Shown here: positions 41,401 to 56,020 of the stretch, one piece after another
Layout of the letters: the number at the start of each line of letters is the position of its first letter
Position numbering within the stretch: position 1 is the stretch's first letter
Assembly (NCBI RefSeq): GCF_009914755.1
Contig: NC_060931.1
Direction: 5' to 3' (one strand)
From: the human T2T-CHM13v2.0 reference genome, Homo sapiens
Length of the DNA: 64,000 bases
Made by a program: the position numbers and the translations under genes
Notes under the pieces: generated by a model
Told to the model about the DNA's origin: nothing
Database searches by the model: none
Seen by the model: only the letters and a program-made list of their open reading frames with translations

Positions 41401-42574
41401 AGTGTGGCAGTTGTGATACCAAATGCACAGGCTCAAGCCTGGGCGCAGTCACTCCTTTCCAGATTCATGGGCCAAATACCTTTCCTGGCTGCTGCCTCAC
41501 AGAAGCCCTGTCTTCCTGGTGAGACGTCAAAGATAGGGATCAGAGTCACAGGCCAGTCTCTACTTTATCTGATAGATCACAACCTTCCCTGTAGTTCCCT
41601 CTTGGGATGGCACCTACAGGTATCACAGTGGCTAAGCAGATGGACACATGTCCTGTGTGACCTCTCCTTTTGGGGAAGGCACTTTCTAAAAAGGCCCATC
41701 TGGGCTCAGGTCTGACTCCCCTAGCAGGCCACATGTCATGTCTGTTTGCCACATGTAGTCTGACAATACATTTTATTGCCTGGCCTCTGCAAACCCAACA
41801 CGATTTTGTGACTCTTGATATTTCAGCTGATCTTTACAAGATTTCTTTTGCCCTTTTGTGAGAACAGAGTAGACAGGGCCTTAAGAACAGATTACTTTGT
41901 GTTTATAAAGTTAATGTGTATAAATGGCATTTAAAAACATGTGTGTGGGTAAAGTATTATAGCCAAAATCAGATTTTAAGGACATACCAACAAGATTCAA
42001 TGTTCAGAACTTGTTTAGGTCCTAATTTGAAAAAACGAACTGAAAAGATGTGTGATATATATTTAAATAACTGGGGACATTTGCCTACAACTGGTTATCA
42101 GATAATTGACAAAATATTACAGGAAAGAAAGGCAGGGAGTAAATAAAAACCACATTGGCAAGCAATGATAGTTGTAAAAGCTGGGTCATCACTGGAATAA
42201 GGGTTCAGTATGTTATTCTCTCTATTTTTCTTTATATTTCTAAATACTCTATTGCAAAGTTAGAAGAAGTTAGCATGTCTACTCAGGATTGCCTGATCAC
42301 TACACTTATACCTCTTGTTCAATAAAATTGTATTTCTGAAGGTCTTACCTGTTTGCCTGTCATCCTGTGCTTTTACCTCCCGTGTAAAATTTCCCTTGCA
42401 CTGGGGGCTGGTTCTGTTCGAATGCTGTCTATGCCTGTGGCCTGAACTTTAGCATTTAGCATGGAATTTCTGCCTATCTGGTCTCCCCATCCAGACTGTA
42501 AACGTCTTGAAAGCAGAACCGTTTCTTACCTTTCAGTGCTTGCAACCTATAATTGTGCAGCGTGAGGCCCAGAG

Positions 42575-42960
42575 TAGGAATGAATCGGGCTAGGCTAGAC
42601 TGTGTTGTGGTAACACATAAGCCTTGAAATCTCAGCAGCGTTATGCAGTAAAAGTTCATTTCTTGTTCCTGTAAAGTCGGATGTGTGTTGGGCATCTCTG
42701 TCCCATCTTGCAGCTATGCTCTCAGGAGTGGGTGGCTTTCAGAGAGACCACAGCGGGGGAAGAGAGAGAGATGAGATCCACTAACAGGTTGTATTTTGAC
42801 TGCCTCTGCCTAGAAATAACCTACAGAACTTCTCCCACAGCCCATAGGCTGGAATGAGTCACCTGACCCCCTGACAGCAAGGCAGGCTGGGAAATGAACG
42901 GAGCATGTGGCTATCTGGTGAGCACGAATTGTTTCTACGCTGCTTCTTACCCCATGTGCA
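42575..42960 (-). mobile_element. Old MLT1 (I/J-like) LTR remnant
   Basis: GGCTAGGCTAGACTGTGTTGTGGTAAC...AAATCTCAGCAGC...AAAGTTCATTTCTTG. Confidence 0.6.
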
Positions 42961-43774
42961 TATTGTCTCATGAATTTCAACATGAGAGAATGCCCAGGGA
43001 AGAAGGCCTTTGGTCATTTGTGCAGAATAAGAAAATGACAACCAGACCATTTCCTTTCCTCTTTTTATTTTCTTTTTTCTTTTTTTTGCCATGCCAGTGG
43101 GTTGTTTCCTACATGGCTGGAACCCTGTCTCTGGTTAATGGTAAGATCCCAGAGGGCTTCATGACCACTGTTCAGGCTTTGTTTCTATGACAGTCAAAGG
43201 CACAGGGATTATTGCCTGTCTCCATCTGAAAATGTTATAGCTTGACCCTGTCAGGGTGCTGCCAAGCTGGAGGTGCTCCAAGAATAGAGGGGTACACTGT
43301 GACTGGGGCTCACGTGGTTAAAATAGTAATAACCAGAAAAATGGAGCATCAGGCCATAGCAAGAAAAGAAGGGCACAACTACATTATGGTGGGAAGTTCC
43401 TTCCTCAGGCAAAGTTGAAAATGTTTTATTTAAGGAAAGGACAGCACTAACCAAATAGAGGAAAATTGTAGACTCTCAAGCCAGGTGCATGTCGCATGTG
43501 TGATATGCTAATGATCATCAGCCAAATGTAGTGATTGAGCAAGTGCTAAGGGGTATTTGCCTGTAGATAAATGGTCTGTATGAACAGTTGTTGCCCCAGT
43601 CTGCCTGTCTCCCTCCCCTTCCGCCTGTGGGTGGGGCAGGTTTCCTTAGAAGAGCCTGAGGCACTGCAGCCTTCCTGGGGCTGGCAGTGAAGGTACTCTT
43701 ACGTGCAGAGCCACATGAGGGACGCTGGTCTGAGAGTCTTCTAGAAATAATAGGCAGCCCTTGAAGGGCATTAA

Positions 43775-44245
<471 letters not shown>

Positions 44246-44339
44246 TAGGTGGGCTACTCTGTTTGGCAATGAGTGATAACCATCTCCTCCCCCTCTCCCC
44301 TTGGATGTCTAGGACCAGGGACACTGGTCCCCTGTTAGT

Positions 44340-44670
44340 TCGTTTCTCCCTCAGGGCCTTTGCACCCACTGTGCCCTTTGCTGGAACAACTCCCCCACCC
44401 CCAGCCTACACCTACTTACCCTTCAATCTCGGCTCTGATGTCACTTCCTCAAAAAGCCTCTGGACAACCCCCTTCCAGATAGGTCAGGCCCCTCATTCAC
44501 AATTAGTTATGTAGTGATGTAATGTCTGTTTCTTCCATTAAAATGGAAGATTCTTGAATTCAGGGGTTGTGTTTGTCATAATCACATTAAAAAACTACTT
44601 TAAAAGAAAAACAGAGCATGCTGCCTTGTACATAGTAGGTCCTTAATGAATATTTTTTGAATGAAGTATG
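44340..44670 (-). mobile_element. L2 remnant
   Basis: CTCAGGGCCTTTGCACCCACTGTGCCCTTTGCTGGAAC, ATGTCACTTCCTCA, ACATAGTAGGTCCTTAATGAATATTTTTGAATGAA. Confidence 0.6.
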
Positions 44671-45214
44671 CTAGGCATTTTCTTATAGTGTGCTGTCAAA
44701 ACCTCCTTACAAGCTTGCAACCCCATTTTGTGGATGAGTAAATTGTGGCTCCAAGAACACAAAGCAGGGGAGTGGCAGACCCAGGATTTGCAGCTCGGTC
44801 TGTGTAGCACCAAAGCTCTCATTCTTTCTGTCACAGCAGAAATAAATGAAGTTACTTTATTCAAACAATGTAATTCAGATTAGGCCAAAGCCAGAGCACT
44901 ATGAATTTTTTTTTATTTCACTGGCTCCAACCTACTGAGATCAATTTAATTCATGTCGCATTTACGGGGTGCCTTGAACTCATTCACTATGTTAAATAGG
45001 AGGGCAAGAAAGGGACAGAGCTGGGCTTCAGGGAAATGCCTGTAGTGAGCTAGATACAGAGGGTCCCAGAAGGAGAAGAAGCTGTGTGCCTCCCAGAGGA
45101 GTAGCCTGGCCCAGAGCCCAGGTCACTGAGTTATTAGGAATGGCCTGTGGGGGTGGCAAGGGCCTGCTGTCTCTTGACTCTTGCTGAGGTAGGTAAAACA
45201 TTTAGGCTGGCTGC

Positions 45215-45720
<506 letters not shown>

Positions 45721-45864
45721 TTAGCGGATGTCTGTAACCATCCTAGGGGGCCCTCTGTAGACAGACTGAACTGGGAGAGGATCACAAAGTGGGGGATTCA
45801 GAAAGTCAGCAACCAAGAATATTGGGAACAAGGACGTAAACGCACCTCCACTTTTATTCTTTCC

Positions 45865-46600
45865 TTTTTTCTACTTGGTTGAGGTGAAATTTACATGACA
45901 CAAACTGTAATCCATTTTAAACTCCAATTCAGTGGCATTTAGTACATTCACAGTGTGTGCAACCACTACTTGTATCTTGTTACAAAACATTTTCATCATC
46001 CCCAAAGGAAACTGTCCACCCATTAAACAATCCCTCCCCATTTCCCTGACTCCTCAGCTCCTGGCAACCATCAATCTGCATGTGACTCTGTGGATTTACC
46101 TGATGTAAATGTTTCATGTAAATGAAATTGGTTTGGGGGGGTTCTTCCATTTTGTAGCATTTATCAGAATTTCATTCATTTTTATGGCTGAGTAATATTC
46201 TATTGTAGGTACTTACCACTTTTGCTTATCTATTCATCCCTTGATGGATATTTGGATTTTTTCCACCTTTTGGCGATTGTGAATAACGTTGCTATGAACA
46301 TTTGTGTACAGGTATTTGCTTAAGTATGTGCTTTTGATTCTTTTGGGTATATACCCAGGCATGGAATTGTTGGGTCCTATGGTAATTTTATATTTAACTT
46401 TTTGAGAAACCACCTAATTGATTTTAAAAGCAGCTGTACCATTGTACATTCTCACCAGCAATGCGAAGGATTCCAATTTCTCCGTGCTCACCAACACTTA
46501 CTTTTTGTTTATTTTTGATTATAGCCATCCTTGCGGGTATGAAGTGGTATCTCATTGCATGTTTTTTCCCCTTTTTTCACTGTGGTTTTGATTTGCATTT
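45865..46600 (-). mobile_element. L1MB/MC-type 3' fragment
   Basis: TTCAGTGGCATTTAGTACATTCACAGTG, TTTTATGGCTGAGTAATATTC, GGGTATATACCCAGG, GAAGTGGTATCTCATTG. Confidence 0.85.
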
Positions 46601-46769
46601 CGCCCCACCCCACCTTTATTTTTTAAATTCAGAAGAGTTGTTTGGTCTTCATGGCTTCTTTGAATCCTTAGACTATCCCTGATGGTTTATGTACAAAAGA
46701 GGTTTCTGTGGAAAAAAAAGACCCTCTTGTACAACTCCGGTAGGATTTTAAATTAGTACAAAGTCTGTG

Positions 46770-47340
46770 GAAAGTCATTTGGAACACTCCCCATTGAAAT
46801 TACAAACACACACACCCTTTGATCCAGCAGTTCCAAGTCTATGAATCTGGCTTATGGATATACTCCCATGTGAACAAAATGATGTATCTATAAGGTTATT
46901 CACTGCAACATTGTTTATAATAGCAACAGATGGGAAACAAAATAAATGCCCCTCAACCGGGAACTGGTTAAACAAATTTTGGCACAGCCATACAATGGGA
47001 TCCAGTACAGCTGTAAAAATGATGGAGACACCTCTTTGTGTGCTGGTATGGAGGGAATCCCAAGACATATTGTTAAGCAGAAAAAGAAATCAAGATGTAG
47101 AACAGTGTATAAATAGTCTGCCCTTCATATGAAAATGAGAGAAAAAGAATATGTGTGTGTATGTATGTATGCATATATAAATGCTTGTATTTCCCTGAAT
47201 ATTCATGAAATACCTTTGTAGAAAGGAAATTGGTGGTGAGAGACAAGAGTGGGAAGAAAACTTTTTACTGTATATCCTCTTGTGCCTTTGGAATTTCAAA
47301 CTCTGTAAATATATTTCCTGTTCGAAAAATTAAATTGAAA
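46770..47340 (+). mobile_element. L1ME-type fragment (ORF2 C-terminus and 3' UTR)
   Basis: The ORF 46854..47132 peptide RLFTATLFIIA...KQNKCPSTGNWLNKFW resembles the L1 ORF2p C-terminus. Confidence 0.8.
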
Positions 47341-47965
47341 TGAAGACAACTCATAAACACCTAGAAATCTCATTAATTTGGGCTCTGATAGATCTGATCT
47401 TATGGTGATTTCAGTAGGACATGGACTCTAAGGTAAGCTTTGCTACACAAAGTGATGCCAGGGACAGGGTTGCAAAAGAAATAATTCAAGATCTCATCCC
47501 TCCCCCTTCCACTGCAGTCCCGGCTGCAGCCTTAGCTCACTGACTTGTTCACAATTTGAACTTAAGTCAGGCTTCCCGAGGCCATCCTGAATGACTTCCC
47601 GCAGTTCCCCCTTGCCCTTGTTCTGAGAGTCCTGCCCTTGGGCTTGCCCCAACACATGGTGCTCAAACAGAAACCAATGGGACTGGAGTATGCAGAGGAG
47701 CAGGTACAGCCCTAGACACTGGAAAGAAATTATGTCCAAAGTAAGTCTTTGAACTTGAGGTTGGGCACTTTGTGGCACCATGTTATCCAAGAGCTCTGAG
47801 TAGATCAGACGGCAGAGGAAGAGAAGTCTTAGCTCTGTCACTTTCTTGGTCAGTGTCTTTGGGCAAATCACCACATGCCTCTGAATCTCTGTTTTCTCAT
47901 CTCTAAATGGGGCCAATACATGCAGGATTGTTGCATGTAGATGATGAGATGTTAAGAGGGCTTTT

Positions 47966-48194
47966 CTTTCCTTTTTTTTTTTTAACCCCCAGAGATGGGG
48001 TCTTGCTCTGTTGCCCAGGCTGGAGTGCAGTGAGTGGTATGATCATAGATCACTACAGACTCTAACCCTTGGGGCTCAACCAATTTTCCTGCCTTAGCCT
48101 CCCGAGTAGCTGGGACTATAGGTATGTGCCACCATGCCTGGCTAATTTTTAAATTTTTTTGTAGAGATAAAGTCTCACTATGTTGCCCAGGCTG
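47966..48194 (-). mobile_element. 5'-truncated AluJ
   Basis: Antisense J-type Alu; TSD aagagggcttt on both sides. Confidence 0.9.
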
Positions 48195-48269
48195 AAGAGG
48201 GCTTTCTTAATATAAGCCTTATAAAATGCTGTAAGAACATGAAGGTTAACTTGAAAGTCACTATGAAAA

Positions 48270-48770
48270 GTCCACATTGGTTAAACATCTCCAATGTGCT
48301 TACTATGTTTGTGAGCTGGAGAGATGACAAAGAAGAATAACAGATTCTCCACCCTTCAAGAGTTTTGAGGGCTCATAGGCTAGTGAGAGAGGTGGTTGTG
48401 AAGACAATTAATTGCAGCAGAGTGCTAAGTATAGAATATAATGGAACACCAGGTGTAGGGGTGTGGGGAGGAGGAAGGCACAACTGTGCCTGGGGACTCA
48501 GCAAAGGCTTCTGAGACCAGAAGATGTTAGGGTTGAATCGTGAAAGGGAAGTAGGAGGTTGCCAGGCATGTAGGGCGCATTCCGGGTGGAGGAAACAGTC
48601 TGTGAAAAGGCAAGACGGGAAAAAGGAGAGAATGTTTATGGGCAACTCCAAGCAACTGGTTGCTGCAGAGTTTGGGGTATGTGGGTGGGAGCTGAGGTTG
48701 AAAAGGGATGACCAGGTCACATCTTGGAGACCTCTTTTATGGAGGTCACAGCTAAATGATGCAGTAAGAA
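48270..48770 (+). mobile_element. L2 remnant
   Basis: Purine-rich L2-like motifs (AATGTGCTTACTATG, CAGCAAAGGCTTCTGAG, GGAAACAGTCTGTGAAAAGGC). Confidence 0.5.
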
Positions 48771-49239
48771 ATAAAACAAAAATACGTAAATATGGCAAGC
48801 AATCCTTTTACAGATCCTTCTCTCAGACATAAGATACTAAAAGACACTGAGCTTCCATATTTTTGACTCCCGACTCCCTGTGAGATGCACTGGGCATGAG
48901 CTTTGAGCATGCCCTTGTGAGGAACTCCAGCCAGCAGTCCTGGACTTTGAGCCATCCAGGCCAGACTGCAGATGATTCCAGCTCCTAGTCATGGAGTCAC
49001 TCCAGTCAAATATCAAAATACTTTGGATATTTCCTGCTGAGGTCCTGGATGAGCCATCCTCACTGCGCCCATTAAATGATTCCTAGAATCTGTGAGTACA
49101 GGAAGTTGTTATATCCCAGGATGAAGTCACTGATCTAGAACAGGGAAAAGCCTTCACGTTGAGGACAGCTGCCCTGGGGAAGAGGATCATCTGCCCAGGG
49201 CACGTCCCAAGGTCATACGATTCATGCTGCTGCCACTGG

Positions 49240-49690
49240 CCTTTCCAAAACCCAGACACCATCATGCCACTCCTCTGATTTAAAAGCTGCCGTGGGTCCT
49301 CTCTGGCTGCAGAATGTAGCCTAACTGCTCAGTCCGTTGCTCAGGTTATTCACAGCCCAGCCCTCACCTTCGCCTGAGCTTCCTCTCCTGTGACTCTCCT
49401 CAGCAGCTCCAGGTCCTTGCCTCTTTGCTGCTTGGGGAAAGCATACTCCTCATTCAGGGTCAGCCAATTCCCGCCTGTCCTCACAGGCAGAGGAACAGCC
49501 TCCTCTTCTAGGCTCGCTCAGCACTCGACACTTTCTTCTTAGAGCTCTTTTCAGACGTTCACTTTTTGTGTTTGTATTTTGGCAAGACTGTGATTTCCTG
49601 GAGGGTAGGGACCATGTCTGACTCATGTCTGTAGTCTCAGGGCCCAGCTCTGTGTCCAGTTCAGTAAATGTTTTAGATGATTGAATGGAT
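49240..49690 (-). mobile_element. L2 remnant
   Basis: ATCATGCCACTCCTCTGATTTAAAA, GAGGGTAGGGACCATGTCTG, TCAGTAAATGTTTTAGATGATTGAATGGATG. Confidence 0.55.
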
Positions 49691-49899
49691 GCCTGGGAGG
49701 AAGGGAGGTGTGCTCCCCAGCAAACAACTGAGTGAATGTTTTCCAGGGGTGAGTCAGGAGTGATCTGTAAGTGCTATCCTCTACTGCTTTGTCTTCTGCT
49801 GTTTTTCTTTCATTCTTTCCCTCCTGCATTGCTTCTCTTATACTCATTTTTAAAATACATCTTTCTAAAATTTTTAAAAAAATTTTTTAATAATTAAAA

Positions 49900-50020
49900 A
49901 AATAAAGATGGGATCTTGCTAATTTGCCCAGGCTGATCTTAAAATACTGGGCTTAAGGAATCCTCCTGCCTCGGCTTCCCAAAGTTCTGGGATTACAGGC
50001 ATGAGCTACTGCACCCAGCC
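49900..50020 (-). mobile_element. FLAM/AluJ left monomer
   Basis: TTGCCCAGGCTGATCTT...TCCTCCTGCCTCGGCTTCCCAAAGTTCTGGGATTACAGGCATGAGC. Confidence 0.85.
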
Positions 50021-50949
50021 GATTTTTTTGTGCACAAATTTTTAGAAATACCTGCCATGCAGGGGTTTGTATATTTGGGGCATAGATACCCAGGTAATAC
50101 CCCCATCCCAGAACAGTTACTTCAGTTGTTCTGTGGATGATAAATCAGAGACCTACAATGTAGATTTCTCTTTTATATGTCTTTATTGCCTATATTAGGA
50201 TTCATTAGTTACAATGAAAAGGAGAGGTAGAAACAACATAATTCAGTGTTCTGACACAAGGCTGTTTCCTCTGGTCCACAGGCTAATTTTTTTTTTTCTA
50301 CTTAGAATTAGAAACTGATGATACTTCCACTTTTTCCCTTAGGAAAATGTTTAAGGATTTAGTGATCTTACTTTGAGGGTAATTCTCCAATGATGCTGCC
50401 TAAATGTTTCTCCTTTAATTTCATCCCAAGGCCAAGCTTTAATGCTTGAAATGATTAGTTCACACTGCAACTAATTTAGAATTTGAGTTAACACAAACAC
50501 AGTTTGCATGTATATTCTCATAAGAAAGGTTTGAAATAACCCTTTATCTGCAAGGTTTCAGTATTACCAACATGCAGCATTTCATCCAAATTTGTCACCA
50601 TTTTACAAACAAAGGGCTCAAGAAATCAAGGCCTTTTGAATCATCAGGGCCTACTAAATTTTTTAAAAGACTAAATGCTTATGATGCATGAATAGGTAAT
50701 GGAGGCATTTACAAATTTCAATTTTTAGTCCATTAATCTCATTTACTTATTAAGAATCATTTATAGAAAATTCAACTCAACCAAGTACCTGTATAAGGTA
50801 ATGTAGGCAATGATTTTGTAAACTAGTAAAAATTATGTCAGGTATTATTGACATCTGCACGTATTTGTAAATCCAAGACTGCATTTTAAAAGATGTAGAC
50901 AATCTAGATGTATTTGCCTACCATTCTGTTACAAGTAAATCTATATATA

Positions 50950-51157
50950 TTTTTTCTTTTTTTAATTATTTAATTAATTTTTTTTCTTATACTTTAAGTT
51001 CTAGGGTACATGTGCACAACGTGCAGGTTTGTTACATAGGTATACATGTGCCATGTTGGTTTGCTGCACCCATCAACTCGTCATTTACATTAGGTATTTC
51101 TCCTAATGCTATTCCTCCCCCCACCCCCATCCCATAACAGGCCCCAGCGTGTGATGT
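50950..51157 (-). mobile_element. Short L1PA 3' end
   Basis: TATACTTTAAGTTCTAGGGTACATGTGCACAACGTGCAGGTTTGTTACATAGG. Confidence 0.93.
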
Positions 51158-52239
51158 GTGATGTATATTATTTTTATTGTGATGTATATTATTTTTCACG
51201 TTAAGATAAACAAAACCAGAAAATGTGTTTCTACTTTTTGTATTTCTGCTTTTTGTATCCCATATCCTGGAGAGAAACGAACTTTCGCATCGCAGCTACC
51301 TGCATTTTCAAGTCAAGTAAACAAACTTGGAATCCAAAAGTGTAAGCAGCACCTCTGCTGGAGATAAGAAGTGGCTTAGACATAAACCCCATCACTACCC
51401 CTCCCACAACCTGCTTCCTACCTCATCTTTCTTCCAGCAAAGCTGGTTTGAAGGCTCTGGACTTTTGATCATGGCCTCGGGCCGCTGTCCTGGATGGCTG
51501 GTCTCAGAAGACCCTCTGAAAACCCAAAGAAGCTTTGGCTACCAGGGGATTCATTTCTCATCTTAAAATTATTCTTTAGAGACAAGATTTAAACCTTCAC
51601 TTTCTAGGCCTTAGAGTTCCCTTCTCAGAATAACAGGTGGATTACACCGATGGCTGCATTCTCCCCACAGCGGCCACAGGATATTTAAAAATGTAAATCA
51701 TGTCCCATAACCTGCCTTCCCATTGCACTTCAGATATCCAGGTTCCTCATCCAGGCCTTCGAGGGCCTTTGGGATCCTGCTGTGCTCCCTTTACATGCCT
51801 GGCTTGAAGCTCCTCCCCTGCCAGCCTTGCTCTTCCCCTCCCAACCTCGCTCTGCTCCAGCCCCGCTCTCTGGTCTGGCCTCATACATGCCCAACTTTCA
51901 GCCTCCAGGGACTTTGTGCATCAGGTATTTCTGTCTAGTGCATTCTTTTTTTTTTCTGTTTGTTTGTTTGTTTTGGCATGCATCCATGCATTCCTCCCCT
52001 TTAGGTCTCAGCTTAACCCTCACCTGACCACCTGGTCTACACTTGTTCCCCACAAACCCTTCTGTATTGTCTCACTCCATATCAGTCTTTGTTACAGCAC
52101 CATTTTCATTCTCTCCTGGGCCTTTACATTTGGTCATGACTTCTTTACCTATCTCTGTGCTTCCCCACCTGACTATAAACTCCATGGGAGCAGGTACTTC
52201 AGTCATCTGGGCCTTGCAGGAGGCCCTGCTCTAAGCTGG

Positions 52240-52645
52240 TATTGCTGGCTTTGCTAGATGCCCAGCTAGGCCACACGTCCCAGCTTCCCTTGCGGCTGTG
52301 CTGCTGAGTGCTAAGACATCACCTGAAGAGTGGGAGAGGAAGTGATGTGTTTAGCTTCTGCCTCATTTGCTCGGAATGCATTCCCCAGCCCTAGATGTGT
52401 ACCCACCTTTCCCTCCTGAGGACAGGAGCGTGGCGGTGCCCATGATCAGCCTGACTGTGCAGACAAGGACACACTCTGGAGGGTGGCAGAGCAACTGGAT
52501 GGACAGACATGGGCCTAAATGGCCACATGTGGCAGAGCTTCACCCAGCCCAGACCATTTGCCTTGAAATGTTCCATGAGTGCAGAATAAACCTGCATGTC
52601 TTTAAGCCACTATACTTGGTCTCTTTGTTATGTGGCTTAACTTTC
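52240..52645 (+). mobile_element. Old MLT1 (I/J-like) LTR remnant within L2-like sequence
   Basis: CCCAGCTTCCCTTGCGGCT, AATAAACCTGCATGTCTTTAAGCCACT, TCTCTTTGTTA. Confidence 0.6.
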
Positions 52646-53429
52646 AGCCAGACGGTTGAATCAATAGTTATTGAATGAATGACTGAATCATCGGAGGCTC
52701 GCCAATTTTACCTGGTGCCTTCACTACCATAGGGTTAAGAGGGGAGGTGGTCATCACTGGGAATCATTTACTGAGCACCTGCCACGTACTGGAAAACATT
52801 CACCAGGAACTTTTCTGTGCTGGTTGGGTGTCTTCAACTTTTCCCATCTGAAAGCTCCCTGTGGCCTGAAGTGATGTCTCACTGCACTGTTGATGGATTT
52901 TTCTCTGCCATCCCAAAGAAACCAAACTTGAAAGGATGTCACGAAGCATGCAGCATGTAAGTCACACTCTTCATGTGAAGATTCTAAGTTGTTCTGTTAT
53001 GAAAGATCTTGTGTGAAACAGAAATGCCATCTTATAGACTGTGGCAGTTTGTGACCCACATCATAGCAGAGAGTTCTGCCCACTTAATAGTGCTATACTT
53101 ACTTCCAAAGTTAGTATCTGTGACATTTCATACCTGAACTTCTAATGTTAGATAAATTTTTCTGAAACTCTTGGTCCACAATGATGGGTGGTTTTGTTTG
53201 TTTATTAAACTTTTGGGGAGTATATTAGCTGGGAGTAATGATTTTTCTAAGAATTGCCAGTTATGGCTTTAATTTTGGGGAAAAATATTTCCTCCTTTAC
53301 AATGAACTTTTTGACTTAGGTTCTGGTATATTTTTCGGCTCTACTATATTTGACAAAAGACATTTAGTAAAGCTATTCAGTTAATTTCTTACCTCCTCCC
53401 AGAGGTAGCATTTTAAAAGAAGATATCAG

Positions 53430-53748
53430 GGATGGGCACAGTGGCCCATACCTGTAATCCATAAGCCATTAGGTGGCTGAGGTGGGAGGATTGCTTGAGG
53501 CCAGGAGTTCAAGACCAGCATGGGCAACATAGAGAGTCTCCATCGTTAAAAATATAAAAAATAAAAAAATACAATATTAGCCGGGCATGGTGTCATGTGC
53601 CCGTAGTCCCAGTTACTCAGGAGGCTGAGGCAGGAGGATCACTTGAGCTCAGGAGCTTGAGGTTGCAGTGAGCTAAGATAGAAGCACTGTGCTCTAGCTG
53701 GGTAATAGAGTAGAACCTTGTTTCTAAAAACAAACAAACAAACAAAGA
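53430..53748 (+). mobile_element. AluJ SINE with a (CAAA)n tail
   Basis: GGAGGATTGCTTGAGGCCAGGAGTTCAAGACCAGC; degenerate TSD aaagaagatatc / aaagaacaaatc. Confidence 0.92.
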
Positions 53749-54499
53749 ACAAATCTGAACAAAACTAGACTGGACTGAGGGGGCCAGTGCCTTTTCCAGC
53801 TTACTTTCTTCTATGTATCCTGCACTTAGACCCAGATTTGCCAATAAATGAAAGAGAGAACATGCAGGATTATGCAAGAAATGTACAACATCGGATATTT
53901 TCAGTGACTTTTGTCAAAATTGAGATACCGTCCTTGACTTTAAATTTCCTAAGTTCCTAAGTAGAGACTAAAATCTTTACAGATGTATTAAAACAATACA
54001 CATATCACAAGCCCTACCATTTCCTGAGTTTGGCCAGATTGTGGGAAAATGTTTTGAGTCTACTTGAGTCATCAGGAAAGTGGCAGATGAGCTTCCTGTG
54101 GGCAAGAATAAGTCAATGCACTCAGGGAAAAATACTCTTAAAATCAGGACACATGGTTGATGAGGTTGACAATAGAAGGAATTATTTAAGATTGAGGCCT
54201 TGTTGGAAAATCCAGGAGGCATCCTTGCTGGACTCGCAGGCTGAGGGTTCTGAGTTATTGGTTATGACTGAATTTATAAGAGTGGGAATGGGCTGTGGAG
54301 GCTGATTCCTGACCGGCCTGTGGGCTGCTGCCTTGGCAAGGGTCATCTTTGTGCTATTCCTTGCCATCATCGTTAGCAGCTGCAGCAGCTTTGGAGTCCA
54401 CATGTAGACAAAACTTTACAGTCTAGAAAACATGTTAACATTCACAATCTCATTTGATTCTCAGATACAGGAATAGAGAAAAGATACTTTTCTTATAGC

Positions 54500-54965
54500 A
54501 TCACATCAATAAGAGACACATAAGTTATTAACAAAATACAGCAAATTGAGTCCAGCAATAGATGGGATTTATCCCAAGAATATAAGATTCTTTAAACATT
54601 TGAAATTTAATTACTATCATTTAATAAGTTACAGAATATGGGGAACATATGTAATCATCTAAATATGTAGAGAAAATGCACTTGGCAAAACTCAACACTC
54701 TCAGTAAACCAGGACTAGATGGGGATTTCTTCAACCTGTTATGAGGTCAGCTATGAAAAATCTACAGGTAACATATTTAGTGGTAAAATGTTAAACTCTT
54801 TTCCCATAAGAGTGGGATAAGGCAAGGGTGTTGACTCTTACCACTTCTATTCAACATTGTACTGGAGGTCTTAGCTAGTGCAATAAGGCAAGAAAAAAAG
54901 GGCCCACAGATTGGAAAGGAAGAAGTAAAGCTATCACTATTTGTAGATTGCATGACTATCTACAC
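54500..54965 (+). mobile_element. Old L1 ORF2 reverse-transcriptase fragment
   Basis: AAGGCAAGGGTG...ACCACTTCTATTCAACATTGTACTGGAGGTCTTAGC ([16 protein letters not shown]) and ATTGGAAAGGAAGAAGTAAAGCTATCACTATTTGTAGAT ([13 protein letters not shown]). Confidence 0.85.
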
Positions 54966-55472
54966 ATTATTGCCATTATGAAGATAAGGAAAGTGAGGCT
55001 CAGAGAGATGAAGTGATTTACCTGAGGTCACGCAGGTATAAAGGATGGCGCTAGCACTCAAACTTGGATCCCCTGACTCCAAACCCTGGAATAAAAAGAG
55101 GGACTATTTCATTCACTTAAACCTAAAGTAAAGTTTCAGTTATGCTTCTTAAAGAAGATCCAGTGGCACTGGACATTTTCCAGAGCAAATCAACTAAAAT
55201 GAAAGTGGGAATGCAGAAGGCTTATCAGTGTGGGACAGACTAACTGGCTAGGCTCTTTAGTCTGAGCACAGTGAAGTGTGGACAATATGGGACTAGGGTG
55301 ACCGTGGATCCATTCACCAGCTCCTGAGATGGCAAAACTGTTGACCTCGGTAAGGTCAGGACTGGTAAAAATACTTTCTCACAGTAACTTCAATATACTT
55401 AAGAAACTCATTGTCAAGAGATGATGCAGGATAGAAAAGGTTTAGAAAAAAAGATGTTGAGAGATTCATAAC

Positions 55473-55597
55473 TAGGCTGACCATATCATTCATCATCATA
55501 ACTGATTTGACAGAAAGAGGGTCCTATTAGTAATTGCCCTAGGTCAACAGGCATAAAGACTGTCCTGGGCAAATTAGGACATTTGGTCCCCCAGCCT
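55473..55597. mobile_element. MER94/MER81-like hAT-Blackjack MITE
   Basis: TAGGCTGACCATA...CAACAGGCATAAAGACTGTCCTGGGCAAATTAGGACATTTGGTC...CCTA with degenerate TIRs. Confidence 0.65.
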
Positions 55598-55789
55598 ATA
55601 ATAGATATAAAGGAAACTGGCATGTTTGGGTGGTGGGGGGTGGAGAGGCACATCGATAACATTAGTGAACATCTGTTCAGGCACTGGCCAGGCAAGTCAT
55701 GGTGAATGTCTTAGGGCCTGGAACCCCTACTAGGAGAGTCAGATCTTTGTTGCCCCTTCAGGTGTTCCTGGCCCTTGCTGCTAATTATA

Positions 55790-56020
55790 ATAAATAAGAA
55801 CAGTAGCGACCATTTGTTGAGCACTTACTACACACCAGGCACTGAGAAGTGCTTTATGTGAAAAATTTCATTCAACAATCCTAGAAGGAAGGCACTATTC
55901 CTCTCTCCATTTTACAAGTGAGGAAACAGAATCTCAGAGAGGTTGAGTAACTTTCCCAAGGTCACTCAGCTGGAAAGTATTGGAGCTGAGAGTTGAACCC
56001 AGACTCTCAACCATGATGTT
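55790..56020 (-). mobile_element. MIR SINE
   Basis: CATTTTACAAGTGAGGAAACAGAATCTCAGAGAGGTTGAGTAACTTTCCCAAGGTCAC core. Confidence 0.8.

Noticed and set aside
41032-41715. Longest ORF (227 aa, plus strand)
   Set aside because: Non-ATG (TTG) start, crosses CT-rich low-complexity sequence, and has no recognisable domain. Best explained by local stop-codon scarcity.
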